This document shows, one piece after another, positions 26,088 through 35,177 of a stretch of 64,000 nt of DNA. The notes beneath the pieces were generated by a model that ran no database searches, was not told the origin of the DNA, and saw only the letters and a list, made by a program, of their open reading frames with translations. The stretch covers positions 121,086 through 185,085 of the forward strand of contig JANVYQ010000004.1 of the NCBI GenBank assembly GCA_030059675.1. The letters are read 5' to 3'. Numbering within the stretch: position 1 is the stretch's first letter; every line of letters starts with the position of its first letter. The position numbers and the translations under genes are program-made. The stretch is from Candidatus Pelearchaeum maunauluense. GTDB lineage: Archaea; Thermoproteota; Nitrososphaeria_A; Caldarchaeales; Caldarchaeaceae.

Positions 26088-27386
26088 ATGTTTGAGCCGC
26101 CGCGGGGCATGGATGACCTACTGCCAGACGAGATGCGCGTCAAGAGGAGGATAGAAGAAACCATACGCGAGGTCTTCCGCCTATACGGCTATGACGAGAT
26201 AGAGACCCCCACGCTGGAGTATCGTAGCCTCTTTGAAGCCAAGTCGGGCGACGAGATACGGCATAGGATGTTCACCCTACAGGACATGCATGGTAGGGTT
26301 CTGGCGCTCAGGCCTGAGGTAACCGCCTCTGTTGCGCGTGTTGTGGCTACTAGGATGAAGTCCGCGCCCACGCCTATACGCCTTGGATACATCGCGGACT
26401 GCTATAGGTATGATGAGCCACAGTGGGGGAGGAGGAGAAGGTTCTGGCACGGCGGGTTTGAGATATTCGGAAGCACAGACCCGCTGAGCGACGCGGAGAT
26501 AATGATAGCCAGCAACGAGGTCTTCAAAAGGCTGGGACTCACCAACATAAGATTCAAAACCGGGCATGTCGGCATAATGCGAGGTATATTATCAGAGCAG
26601 GGTGTTGATGAGAGGATACAAGACTCGTTTCTAAACATGCTGGACAGAAAAATGGTTGATGAGGCTTTCAGCTTATTATCAGAACACTGCCACGACGCTA
26701 CTGTGATTGGCGCTATACGTATGCTCTCCCAACTGAGTGGTGATGAGAAGATTTTCAGCTCCGCGCGTGATGTTGTTGCTTCATGGCCAACCGCCGCGAA
26801 GGCTCTTGAGAACTTTGAAGAAATAATAGGTATAGCTAGGGATTTAATAAAAGATGAATCGCGTATAACCATAGATTTTGGATTTGCGCGTGGGCTAGAA
26901 TACTATACGGGCTTCATTTTTGAACAATATGTTGATGGTCTTGACATAGCGTTTAACGGTGGTGGGAGATATGATAAGCTTGTTGAGATATTTGGTGGGA
27001 AGCATACGCCTGGCGTGGGCTGTGCCATCGGCATAACTAGGATTCAGACATACTTGATGCAGAAGGCTGTAGGCTCTATACAACAATCAGCAAGGATTTT
27101 TGTCTCTGTACTATCCGACAAGGTGAGGAGCTACGCGTTTAAGGTTGCGCAGATAGTAAGGTCTCGCGGTATGGCTGCGGAGCTTGACGTAACGCGTAAG
27201 CGCCTCTCAGCGGCTTTTGAATACTGCGAGAAGAAGAGAATAAAATACATGCTGGTCGTAGGTGAGAAGGAGGCCGCGGAAGATAAAGCGGCTCTGCGCA
27301 ACCTTGAGACGCGGGAACAAATAGAGGTCCCGCTAAGCCAGTTGGGCGAATTCGTGGAGAATCTACTCCGTTCGGGCCTGAGTTAA
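26088..27386 (+). CDS. hisS: Histidyl-tRNA synthetase
   Basis: PRGMDD, LRPEVT, YRYDEPQWGR, RGLEYYTG and GGGRYD motifs. Confidence 0.96.
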   Translation: MFEPPRGMDDLLPDEMRVKRRIEETIREVFRLYGYDEIETPTLEYRSLFEAKSGDEIRHRMFTLQDMHGRVLALRPEVTASVARVVATRMKSAPTPIRLGYIADCYRYDEPQWGRRRRFWHGGFEIFGSTDPLSDAEIMIASNEVFKRLGLTNIRFKTGHVGIMRGILSEQGVDERIQDSFLNMLDRKMVDEAFSLLSEHCHDATVIGAIRMLSQLSGDEKIFSSARDVVASWPTAAKALENFEEIIGIARDLIKDESRITIDFGFARGLEYYTGFIFEQYVDGLDIAFNGGGRYDKLVEIFGGKHTPGVGCAIGITRIQTYLMQKAVGSIQQSARIFVSVLSDKVRSYAFKVAQIVRSRGMAAELDVTRKRLSAAFEYCEKKRIKYMLVVGEKEAAEDKAALRNLETREQIEVPLSQLGEFVENLLRSGLS

Positions 27387-27450
27387 TCCCTTTTAATAGG
27401 CAGACCAGCGGTATTGGGCTGAACAGCCTAGATGGAGGGAAGAGACTGTA

Positions 27451-28257
27451 TTGATAGATATGCTCTTTCTGGAGGCTTCTATAGTAGTTATAGCATTAAC
27501 GTTAGTAGCGTATTTTGGGAGGTTCCTAGACCTCAGGGGGGCTTTGGCAGCCACCTTGGTCGGCTATATAATCTACCTCTTCGGAGGCCGCTTCCTCTTC
27601 ATAATAATGCTGGTCTTCTTCGTTGTCGCTGGCGCTTTAACGCACTACCGCTATGTGGAGAAGTATGGTGCTGGGGGGCGCGGTGCTAGAACATGGAGCA
27701 ACGTGCTGGCTAACGGCTCTATAGCGTGTATAGTCTTGGTTATGGGGCGTCTGTATGGTGTGGGCTCTCCAGCCACTACCGCGGCCTTCCTCGGAGCAGT
27801 ATCGGCTGCCTTCTCAGACACCATGGCAACAGAGGTTGGTATGCTCAATAGGAGAAAGCCCCGCCTCATAACGAATCTAAAAACGGTAGAGACAGGAACA
27901 CCTGGGGGAGTCAGCACGTATGGCATAGCGGGAGAGCTACTAGCGATAGCGATTTTGAGCGCCGTAGCGATGATGCCTTGGCTCTCACCATCATTGAGAA
28001 TAGAACAGTGGAGAATACCTGCTATAATCGCTATAGCAGGCATCGTAGGCTCAACAGCAGACAGCATAATCGGCGGGCTCTTCCAAGCACGCTACACATG
28101 CAAAAAATGCGGCCGCGCAGTAGAGGTTAAGCAACACTGCGGAGAGAAAACCCTACACCTAGGAGGCCTACCATACATAAACAACGACATAGTAAATATA
28201 ATAGCCACAGCAATAGGCGCGCTCACAGGCTACGCAATACAAGTAAGCATCCGCTAA
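27451..28257 (+). CDS. DUF92/TMEM19 membrane protein
   Basis: NVLANG, DTMATEVG, GTPGGVS, DSIIG and NNDIVN motifs. Confidence 0.9.
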   Translation: MIDMLFLEASIVVIALTLVAYFGRFLDLRGALAATLVGYIIYLFGGRFLFIIMLVFFVVAGALTHYRYVEKYGAGGRGARTWSNVLANGSIACIVLVMGRLYGVGSPATTAAFLGAVSAAFSDTMATEVGMLNRRKPRLITNLKTVETGTPGGVSTYGIAGELLAIAILSAVAMMPWLSPSLRIEQWRIPAIIAIAGIVGSTADSIIGGLFQARYTCKKCGRAVEVKQHCGEKTLHLGGLPYINNDIVNIIATAIGALTGYAIQVSIR

Positions 28258-28327
28258 AGGGGGGAGGATATGGTTAGGAATTTAAATAGAGCTAACAGCA
28301 GCCCAAAAATGAAGAGAAACCAGCGCT

Positions 28328-28402
28328 GGGCCCGTGGCCTAGTATGGATAAGGCGGCGGCCTCCTAAGCCGCAGATCGCCGGTTCAAGTCCGGCCGGGCC
28401 CG
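28328..28402 (+). tRNA. tRNA-Arg(CCT), intron-less, CCA not encoded
   Basis: Acceptor stem GGGCCCG/CGGGCCC; anticodon arm GCGGC-CTCCTAA-GCCGC; T-loop GGTTCAAGTCC; TTTAAATA at 28281. Confidence 0.97.
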
Positions 28403-28407
28403 CATCT

Positions 28408-29739
28408 TTATAGCGCTGATTTGGTGAAGTTGGCTTCTTCCACTACTACTGCTGGTGCTAGTACTGGTGTCTCTACTTCCCACCAGCTTATCCAGTAGCG
28501 TTCGTTTCCGATGTCTCTTATTTTGGAGAATAGTTTGAGCATGTTGTCGCTTAGTCTAAGCTCTTTGAGTGATTTTTCTATGCTTCCGTGCTTTATGAGG
28601 AAGAGGCCGTCTCTGGGTATTGTGGAGAAGTCTCCTGTTCTGTGGTTTTGGTAGCGTAGATACCAGTCGTTGGTTATCCATATTCCGTTGTCTATGCTGG
28701 ATATTAGCTTGTCAAGGCTCTTGCTTCCCTGCTCCACCACTAGGTTAAATGGGTGTGGGACTATTATCCCAGCGTTAGCCGTCGTCTGCGTATTAAATTT
28801 CTTCGCGGTGGTGCTGTTATGTAGGTAGGTCTTGAGAACACCGTTCTCAATTATGGTGTTTCGCCTAGTCGGGACGCCCTCGTCGTCAAAAGCCCGCGCC
28901 CCATAGGTTTCCGCGAGCGTCGGGTCGTCTATCAGAGTGAGGTGGCTTGAAGCAACTTCCTGCCCCAGCTTCTCCGTCAAGAATGATATGCCCGCATCTA
29001 CGTGGAATGCTGAAGCCGCCTCCCCAAGCTCCTCCACCAAGTTTGCGAATGTCATAGGCCCTATCAGCGCCTCGTAAACTCCAGGCTCTCCGCTCACGGG
29101 GTTGGCCGCCATCTTAGCTATCTCACCAGCCCTATAACCAGCCTCATACGGGTTGAACAGCCGCTCCGCAGCGGCTATGGATACAAAATGCCCCGTAGCG
29201 TCATCGCTAACAAACGCGCGTGTAGATATCTCTATACCTCTGGAATGTTCTATGGCCTCAACGCCGCCAGTAGTTCTTAGATATGTTTTGTTATCGTCAT
29301 AGACTAGTGTCCCAGCTACGCGTGTTGCCCCAGCGTTGAGAGCGCCGTTTATAGTGGATTCAACATGCTTAACAAGCTCGTCAGGCTCGCCGCTGACCTC
29401 ACCAGGCTTAAGGAGCCGCTTATCATACTTATACGGCCCTCTCGGCAGCGGGGAATAAACATCCGCTGGGGGGCTGTTCTTAGCCATATAGACAGCCTTC
29501 TCAACCATCCTCTTCAAAGCTTGGCTTGACGTATCGGTTGTTGAGGCCACTGCTCTCCTCTCCTTTATGCAGACATACAACATCACACTGGTGTTGTTGA
29601 ATGTCTTCGTTACTGTTATCTCGTTGTTGGCGTACCGTATAATCCTGCGGATACCGCTATCAATCATAACCGCCGCGTCGGTGGCGCCTAGGCGCCTAGC
29701 CTCCCTAATCAGCCTGGAAGCCATCTTACGCGTCTCCAA
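28408..29739 (-). CDS. TldD/PmbA family protein (PmbA/TldE-like)
   Basis: RYANNEI, FDDEGVP, ENGVLKTYLH, GDFS motifs; no HExxH; ORF-track start 30075 overlaps the divergent gene. Confidence 0.88.
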   Translation of the reverse strand: METRKMASRLIREARRLGATDAAVMIDSGIRRIIRYANNEITVTKTFNNTSVMLYVCIKERRAVASTTDTSSQALKRMVEKAVYMAKNSPPADVYSPLPRGPYKYDKRLLKPGEVSGEPDELVKHVESTINGALNAGATRVAGTLVYDDNKTYLRTTGGVEAIEHSRGIEISTRAFVSDDATGHFVSIAAAERLFNPYEAGYRAGEIAKMAANPVSGEPGVYEALIGPMTFANLVEELGEAASAFHVDAGISFLTEKLGQEVASSHLTLIDDPTLAETYGARAFDDEGVPTRRNTIIENGVLKTYLHNSTTAKKFNTQTTANAGIIVPHPFNLVVEQGSKSLDKLISSIDNGIWITNDWYLRYQNHRTGDFSTIPRDGLFLIKHGSIEKSLKELRLSDNMLKLFSKIRDIGNERYWISWWEVETPVLAPAVVVEEANFTKSAL

Positions 29740-29818
29740 AAACGCTCCACCTAGATAGCTTGACAAACAGAGTGAGATAAGAGTTTTGTTGAAGTAAATC
29801 ATCATAACTGGGGATAGT

Positions 29819-31402
29819 ATGGAAGAGCAGCCTGCAAAACAGCTTTTAATACAGGCTCTAGAGAGCCATAACGTTTCTGATAAGCTTGTTTTAGCCTTTT
29901 TGGAGGAGCTGGGCAGAAGCCCAGAGATTTTCGCTGTCGTAAAGGATTTTGAGCCGCTGATAGACGCGTCAGAGAGCGTAGCCAACGGCCAAAAGTATAG
30001 AATAACTATGGTAGATGAGGAGGTCTTCAGACGTGATGTTGAAGAGTTTGCCCTAGCAGAGATAATGGCCAGCAAGCTACTCCTATCCTACACACCGCTA
30101 ATCAACGCAGACGAGACTGAGCGCTACGGACTAACATATAGGTCTAGGATAATCGTTGAACTTCTCAAATCGCTGGTGGCTGAGCATAAATTAGCTGCCC
30201 TCGCATTAAGGATAAAGCCAGCGTACTTTCTGTATGAGAAGTTGAAACGCTTCGCAGCGGTATTCCCGCCAGCCAGATATAGGATATGGAGGGCTCTCCG
30301 AACAAACGTGGTAAAAAACGCGATAAACCGCTTCGTTGAAGCCGCCCACACCTTGGTTGAAGCTGGAATAATGGAGCGCGACGGTGAGTTCTTTAGAATA
30401 ACCAGGCAGGGATACGACTCTCTACATGAGCATCGCCTAATAGATGTGCGGAAGCTTGAGGACACGTTGAGAAACTATCTCTCGTGGCCCTTCCTGACTA
30501 AGGCGGCTGTAAAAGTCTTCCTAGAGCAGGTCTCACAAACTATTCAGTCGTCCAAGTTTTCCGACGAGCTAAAGCTGCCCGACCCATCCTCATACATTTA
30601 CATGCAGACATCGAAGGGGTTGCAGCCCTTAAGCGAGCAGCACGATATCATGGACTTGGCTAAGTATCTCTATGGGGATTGTCGGGCTGAGATAAGCCAT
30701 ATAGGGGGAGCGCTAAACTCCACATACCTCCTGAAGGTCTATACGCAGCATGGAGAGTCAATCAAGATATTTGTGAAGAAGTATCTAAACTGGACTGATG
30801 TAAAATGGATAATCGCGAGAGTATGGACGCTTGGTGTAAAGAACTTCTCGCTAAGCTCTGGCTCGCGTATGGCTAATGAGATATACTTCATAGACCTACT
30901 GAAAAACTATGGATTCAACACTGCTGAGATACTTCACGTAAACTGGAGAAGGAGAATACTTTTCCTAAACTATGTGGAAGGCATTAACCTTCTTGATGCT
31001 TGGATAAAGTCAATAGAAGGGCGTGAGAGGTTTGCTTTTGATGTGGGTAGATGCCTTGCTGAGATACACGCGCACGACATAACCATAGGGGACTGCAAGC
31101 CCGAGGTATTCATCAAGACCAGCGGCTCGGAAATCTACATAACCGACTTGGAGCAGGCATCGTTGCACGGCGATAAAGCGTGGGACGTGATGGAGATAAT
31201 CTTCTATCCAGGTCATTACCTAGATGTTAAAGAAGCTCAGGCCGTTGCTTCTGCGATAGTTGAGGGATACCTAACTCTGGGTGATATGAAAATAATACAA
31301 GAAGCGCTTAAGGCTAAGTATATCAGGACTCTAACTCCATGGACTCCTGTGTGGGTTCAGCGTTCAATTATTGAGGCCGTCAAGCCTCTTTTAAGAGCCT
31401 GA
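29819..31402 (+). CDS. Protein with C-terminal atypical kinase-like (Kdo/Bud32/RIO-type) domain
   Basis: IGGALN..Y, VKKY, YVEG, EIH...GDCKPEV and ITDLEQA motifs. Confidence 0.7.
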   Translation: MEEQPAKQLLIQALESHNVSDKLVLAFLEELGRSPEIFAVVKDFEPLIDASESVANGQKYRITMVDEEVFRRDVEEFALAEIMASKLLLSYTPLINADETERYGLTYRSRIIVELLKSLVAEHKLAALALRIKPAYFLYEKLKRFAAVFPPARYRIWRALRTNVVKNAINRFVEAAHTLVEAGIMERDGEFFRITRQGYDSLHEHRLIDVRKLEDTLRNYLSWPFLTKAAVKVFLEQVSQTIQSSKFSDELKLPDPSSYIYMQTSKGLQPLSEQHDIMDLAKYLYGDCRAEISHIGGALNSTYLLKVYTQHGESIKIFVKKYLNWTDVKWIIARVWTLGVKNFSLSSGSRMANEIYFIDLLKNYGFNTAEILHVNWRRRILFLNYVEGINLLDAWIKSIEGRERFAFDVGRCLAEIHAHDITIGDCKPEVFIKTSGSEIYITDLEQASLHGDKAWDVMEIIFYPGHYLDVKEAQAVASAIVEGYLTLGDMKIIQEALKAKYIRTLTPWTPVWVQRSIIEAVKPLLRA

Positions 31403-32426
31403 TATACTCGCGGCCCATCGCCGCTTGTGAGCCTATTAGAATGTTGAGATACTCTTTGTCTTGACGCCTGTCTTTCACTAGTTCAATCTTGCCCAATACT
31501 TCAACAACATCTCCGGCGTGAAACAGTGAGGAGAATGTGGTATCGTAGCATGTTAGCGTCTTGATTTCAACCCGTCTCCCTCCTATCTTCTCTTCTCCCT
31601 CCACCTCATATACGGCTGGTGTAAAGCAAGAATCCTTGGAATTGATGATGGTTAGCTTGGTTTTTGCTACGCCCATGCTCTTATAGAGCTTATCCCCATA
31701 CCTCTCCGTTATCTCCTCCACAAACTTTACAGCATGTACCGAGTATAGAGTGCCGCTTACTATCCCCCTGTTCCTGAGCCGCGAAGCCAGTAGCTGAGCA
31801 TCTTCCAGCGTTAGCGGGTAGCGTTTTAGTAGAGACTTGGTAAAGGCTGAGACTATAGATTCCCTATCATGCTGGCTTTGCAGCTCGTTTATTCCCGATG
31901 CTATGCGCCAAAAGTTATCTCCACCATACACTATTAGGTCTATATCCGCGTGCGGGTTGTGGAGCCCGACTAAGAGAGAGCCCGTCAAGCCTAGGAACTC
32001 CCTTCTAACGTCTAAGCTGGATTCAAGAATGTTTGCTAACTCCCTGCATTTCGCCGAGAAATAAAAGTCGTTGTTTTCTAATATCTCGGAAAAACGTTCC
32101 TCACACCTATAATGTCTCTCAACGGCTCCGAGTGGTATGTATGTGAATGTCTCCCCTATCGTCTCGTCATAATGCACGTATCTCTGATTCACCTTCTTAA
32201 GAAGGTCTATTGAATATACGATCTCTTCCATAGTGTAGCTCTTCACAACACGCGTATAGCGCTGGCCGTCGCGCGACCATTTACCATCTCCAGGCATATA
32301 CTTGAGGAATGCCATCACCCGTCCTGGGGGGTGGTTATCAGATACTACGCAGAATATCCAGCCTTCAGGGGTTTCTATATAGTCGTGGTCGCGATACTCG
32401 TGGTCTTGGTCTCTAATGGTTGGCAT
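31380..32426 (-). CDS. Predicted Pol-beta-like nucleotidyltransferase (COG1665-like), paralog 2
   Basis: HPPGRV..FLKY; GLTGSLLVG...ADIDLIVYG; C-terminal OB-like GDVVEVLGKIE; start 32426 or 32468. Confidence 0.8.
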   Translation of the reverse strand: MPTIRDQDHEYRDHDYIETPEGWIFCVVSDNHPPGRVMAFLKYMPGDGKWSRDGQRYTRVVKSYTMEEIVYSIDLLKKVNQRYVHYDETIGETFTYIPLGAVERHYRCEERFSEILENNDFYFSAKCRELANILESSLDVRREFLGLTGSLLVGLHNPHADIDLIVYGGDNFWRIASGINELQSQHDRESIVSAFTKSLLKRYPLTLEDAQLLASRLRNRGIVSGTLYSVHAVKFVEEITERYGDKLYKSMGVAKTKLTIINSKDSCFTPAVYEVEGEEKIGGRRVEIKTLTCYDTTFSSLFHAGDVVEVLGKIELVKDRRQDKEYLNILIGSQAAMGREYIRLLKEA

Positions 32427-33426
32427 GTTTGTCGTCTCGCTCCGTGTTTTGGGGGAGAATATAGTCATGAGGCTCGTTGCCCACGAATATACGGTAGTAG
32501 TGGGTGTTTGGCAGGATTACTTTCTCAAGTCGGCCACATACCTTGATTGTCTCACCACGCCTACCCATCTCGGCGAACCTACTCCTCATAGAAATCACCT
32601 CGCGGACGTTCCATAACCCGCTCAGCCTGGAGCTGGCCGATAAAACCTCCACGCCCAGGCGGTTGGGCGTGAATACCCCGAAAGCATCGTCTAAAACCCT
32701 GAACAGCCCAACAGCTACGCCAAGGCTTATGCAACGCCTATCCCCATACCTCTCCCAATACTCACCTAGCTTGGGGACGAGCTTCATCGTGTATAGTCTC
32801 CCATTAAAATAACCTGTAAGAAGCTTCCGTCTCTCATGCTTCCTCCAATCTTCCGCTGTGAGTAGCGTATCTCTGCGGCTTGATAGTAGGCGGGGCGGCG
32901 GGCTGTTTATGGGTTTGGTCTCTCCCCTAGAGCGCATCTCCAGCAAGGCGCGCAGCACAGCACGGCTCTCTTCAACGCCATAAACCACCAAATCCATGTC
33001 TGAGCCTGCATCAGCGAGTCCTAAGAGAATGGAGCCGCTTAGCCCTAGCTCAACATGAGAGCCAGCGTAGTCGGTTATTGCTAATATGAACCGCCGCGCA
33101 TCCCTAGCAAGCCCGCGCGGCACGCTGGATGGAATCTCGGTGGATGGTCTTATGTATCTCCTGACCGCGTAAGCGGGTATTGCTGGGATTGTCTGGCCAG
33201 CATACTCGTCATAAACCAGGTAGCCAGGCCTGCGCTGCCTCATGAAGTCCATCATCTCTTGAAATCCTTCAAGCTTGACATAGCCTGCGCCGCTCCTGAC
33301 GTATTTCGGGACTGCCACAACCCTCCCAGGGGGATGCACTAAGCCCTTGACAGCATATATGTCGCCGTGCTCATCCAGTATAAAGCCGCCCTCCATGGGG
33401 GACTCTTCCAGCATCCATCGGAACAA
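32413..33426 (-). CDS. Predicted Pol-beta-like nucleotidyltransferase (COG1665-like), paralog 1
   Basis: VKGLVHPPGRV..PKY; GLSGSILLG...SDMDLVVYG; GETIKVCGRLE. Confidence 0.8.
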   Translation of the reverse strand: MFRWMLEESPMEGGFILDEHGDIYAVKGLVHPPGRVVAVPKYVRSGAGYVKLEGFQEMMDFMRQRRPGYLVYDEYAGQTIPAIPAYAVRRYIRPSTEIPSSVPRGLARDARRFILAITDYAGSHVELGLSGSILLGLADAGSDMDLVVYGVEESRAVLRALLEMRSRGETKPINSPPPRLLSSRRDTLLTAEDWRKHERRKLLTGYFNGRLYTMKLVPKLGEYWERYGDRRCISLGVAVGLFRVLDDAFGVFTPNRLGVEVLSASSRLSGLWNVREVISMRSRFAEMGRRGETIKVCGRLEKVILPNTHYYRIFVGNEPHDYILPQNTERDDKHANH

Positions 33427-33477
33427 GCGCCCAAGAGCATTAAAACCTTATAGATTCTCACTAAACCGTTAGAATAC

Positions 33478-33792
33478 ATGACGCAGGATTTCCTAACATC
33501 ATTTTTGGGGCTAATCTCGTCAGCGGATACGCTAACTCAGCAGGTCATACTATTCTTCATAGCCGTAGTTATAGGATTCTTGCTCGCTAAGGCCTTGAAG
33601 GTTTTGATAGTTGTGGGGCTCGTGATCCTTATAGGCTATTACTTCGGCTTCATAACCATAAACCGCGAGAAGCTAGAAGCCCTAGCCACCCAATACGGCT
33701 CCCAGATACTACACGGCACCCTCCTAGCTACGTCATCGGCAATACTGGTGGTAGGGCTCTTGATAGGCTTCGTGGTAGGCATGCTTAAGTGA
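33478..33792 (+). CDS. FUN14-like small membrane protein
   Basis: IGFLLAKALK...YFGFITINREKL...GLLIGF pattern. Confidence 0.6.
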   Translation: MTQDFLTSFLGLISSADTLTQQVILFFIAVVIGFLLAKALKVLIVVGLVILIGYYFGFITINREKLEALATQYGSQILHGTLLATSSAILVVGLLIGFVVGMLK

Positions 33793-33841
33793 TGGAAGAA
33801 GCTAAGAACGCTGTAGCCCCAACAGGAGGTTAAGAAGGGAG

Positions 33842-35176
33842 TTGTCCCAGCTCCAAGGCTACGCGGGCAAGGCAAAACAGTTGTTGGAGAAAGCTGGCGT
33901 AAAGATAGGCGATGAAATCAAGGTGGTGAGCGGAAAAGGGGAGATTCGCGGTATTCTAATGGCGCGCTACGAGCTCGCAGACCCAGATTATATCGTGATA
34001 AAGCTCAAGAACGGATACAACGTGGGCATAAGGGTTGTTGATGGCGTGAAGGTGGAGAAGATAGCAGACGCGGAGGCCCCAGCATTCAGGCCGCCTCCGC
34101 CGCCAGCGATGAAGCCAGACCTGCCGCGTGTGACTATAGTGAGCACAGGCGGAACAATAGCAAGCCGCGTGGATTATAGGACAGGCGGGGTTAGGGCAGC
34201 GCTCTCCGCGTCAGACCTATTAAGCATGGTCCCAGAGCTAGCAGACATAGCGCAAATCTCGGCAGAAATACTCTTCAGCGTATACAGCGAGAACCTAACC
34301 ATAAGCCACTGGAGGGCTATGGCTGAAAAGGTTAACAACCTAATACGGAGCGGGGAGGATGGTGTCGTTATAGCTCATGGCACCGACACGATGGGATACA
34401 CGGCGGCCGCGCTTAGCTTCGCCCTCCAAAACCCGCCCATACCAGTGGTTCTAGTAGGCGCCCAGCGCTCCTCGGACAGGCCGTCAAGCGACGCTGCGAC
34501 CAACCTGATAGCAGCCGTTGATACGGCCGCAAACGCGCCGTTTGGAGAGGTGGTGGTATGCATGCATAAGTGGCATTCCGACGACACCATAGCTATACAC
34601 CGAGGCGTGCGCGTGGTAAAGCTTCACACAAGCAGTAGGGACGCGTTCAAGAGCGTAAACGCCGAGCCCCTGGCTTTCAGGACAAAGGCCGGGCTTGTTC
34701 TCAACGATAGCCGCTTCAACAAGCGGGGCGGCGATAACTACCAGTTCTCCCCAACATTTGACGACCGCGCCATGCTGGTCAAATTCTACCCAGGGATGCC
34801 GCCTGAGACGCTCCAAATACTTAGGGAGAAGTTGCGGATACGTGGGTTTATACTAGAGGGAACCGGGCTTGGGCATGTAAGCTCCAGCTTCATCCCAGTA
34901 GCGCGGCAGCTGGTGGAGGAAGGAGTGTTCATAGGCATGACATCGCAGTGTAAGTTTGGGAGAGTGAATATGCACGTCTATGATAATGGCCGTGATTTGA
35001 TGCGTGCTGGGATAACACCGCTTGACGACATGCTCGCTGAGACTGCCCTCGTCAAGCTTATGTGGTCTTTGGGAAAGCTGGGCGAGAACGCTGATAGGGA
35101 AGCGGTGGAAGAGATTATGACCAAGAACCTAGTGGGCGAGATGAACAACAGGTCCCTGCCTACTGGGTGGTGTTGA
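33842..35176 (+). CDS. gatD: Glu-tRNA(Gln) amidotransferase subunit D
   Basis: KLKNGYNVG, STGGTIAS, HGTDTM and QRSSDRPSSD motifs. Confidence 0.96.
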   Translation: MSQLQGYAGKAKQLLEKAGVKIGDEIKVVSGKGEIRGILMARYELADPDYIVIKLKNGYNVGIRVVDGVKVEKIADAEAPAFRPPPPPAMKPDLPRVTIVSTGGTIASRVDYRTGGVRAALSASDLLSMVPELADIAQISAEILFSVYSENLTISHWRAMAEKVNNLIRSGEDGVVIAHGTDTMGYTAAALSFALQNPPIPVVLVGAQRSSDRPSSDAATNLIAAVDTAANAPFGEVVVCMHKWHSDDTIAIHRGVRVVKLHTSSRDAFKSVNAEPLAFRTKAGLVLNDSRFNKRGGDNYQFSPTFDDRAMLVKFYPGMPPETLQILREKLRIRGFILEGTGLGHVSSSFIPVARQLVEEGVFIGMTSQCKFGRVNMHVYDNGRDLMRAGITPLDDMLAETALVKLMWSLGKLGENADREAVEEIMTKNLVGEMNNRSLPTGWC

Positions 35177-35177
35177 T

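Noticed and set aside
28328-28402. tRNA as an integration site or intron-containing tRNA
   Set aside because: Normal 7-nt anticodon loop; no duplicated 3' end or integrase seen
29740-30075. N-terminal extension of PmbA in the ORF track (similar extensions on the M1 peptidase to 59831, YjbQ to 56112 and NAC to 13723)
   Set aside because: The extensions overlap other genes or lack family similarity; downstream starts fit the family N-termini
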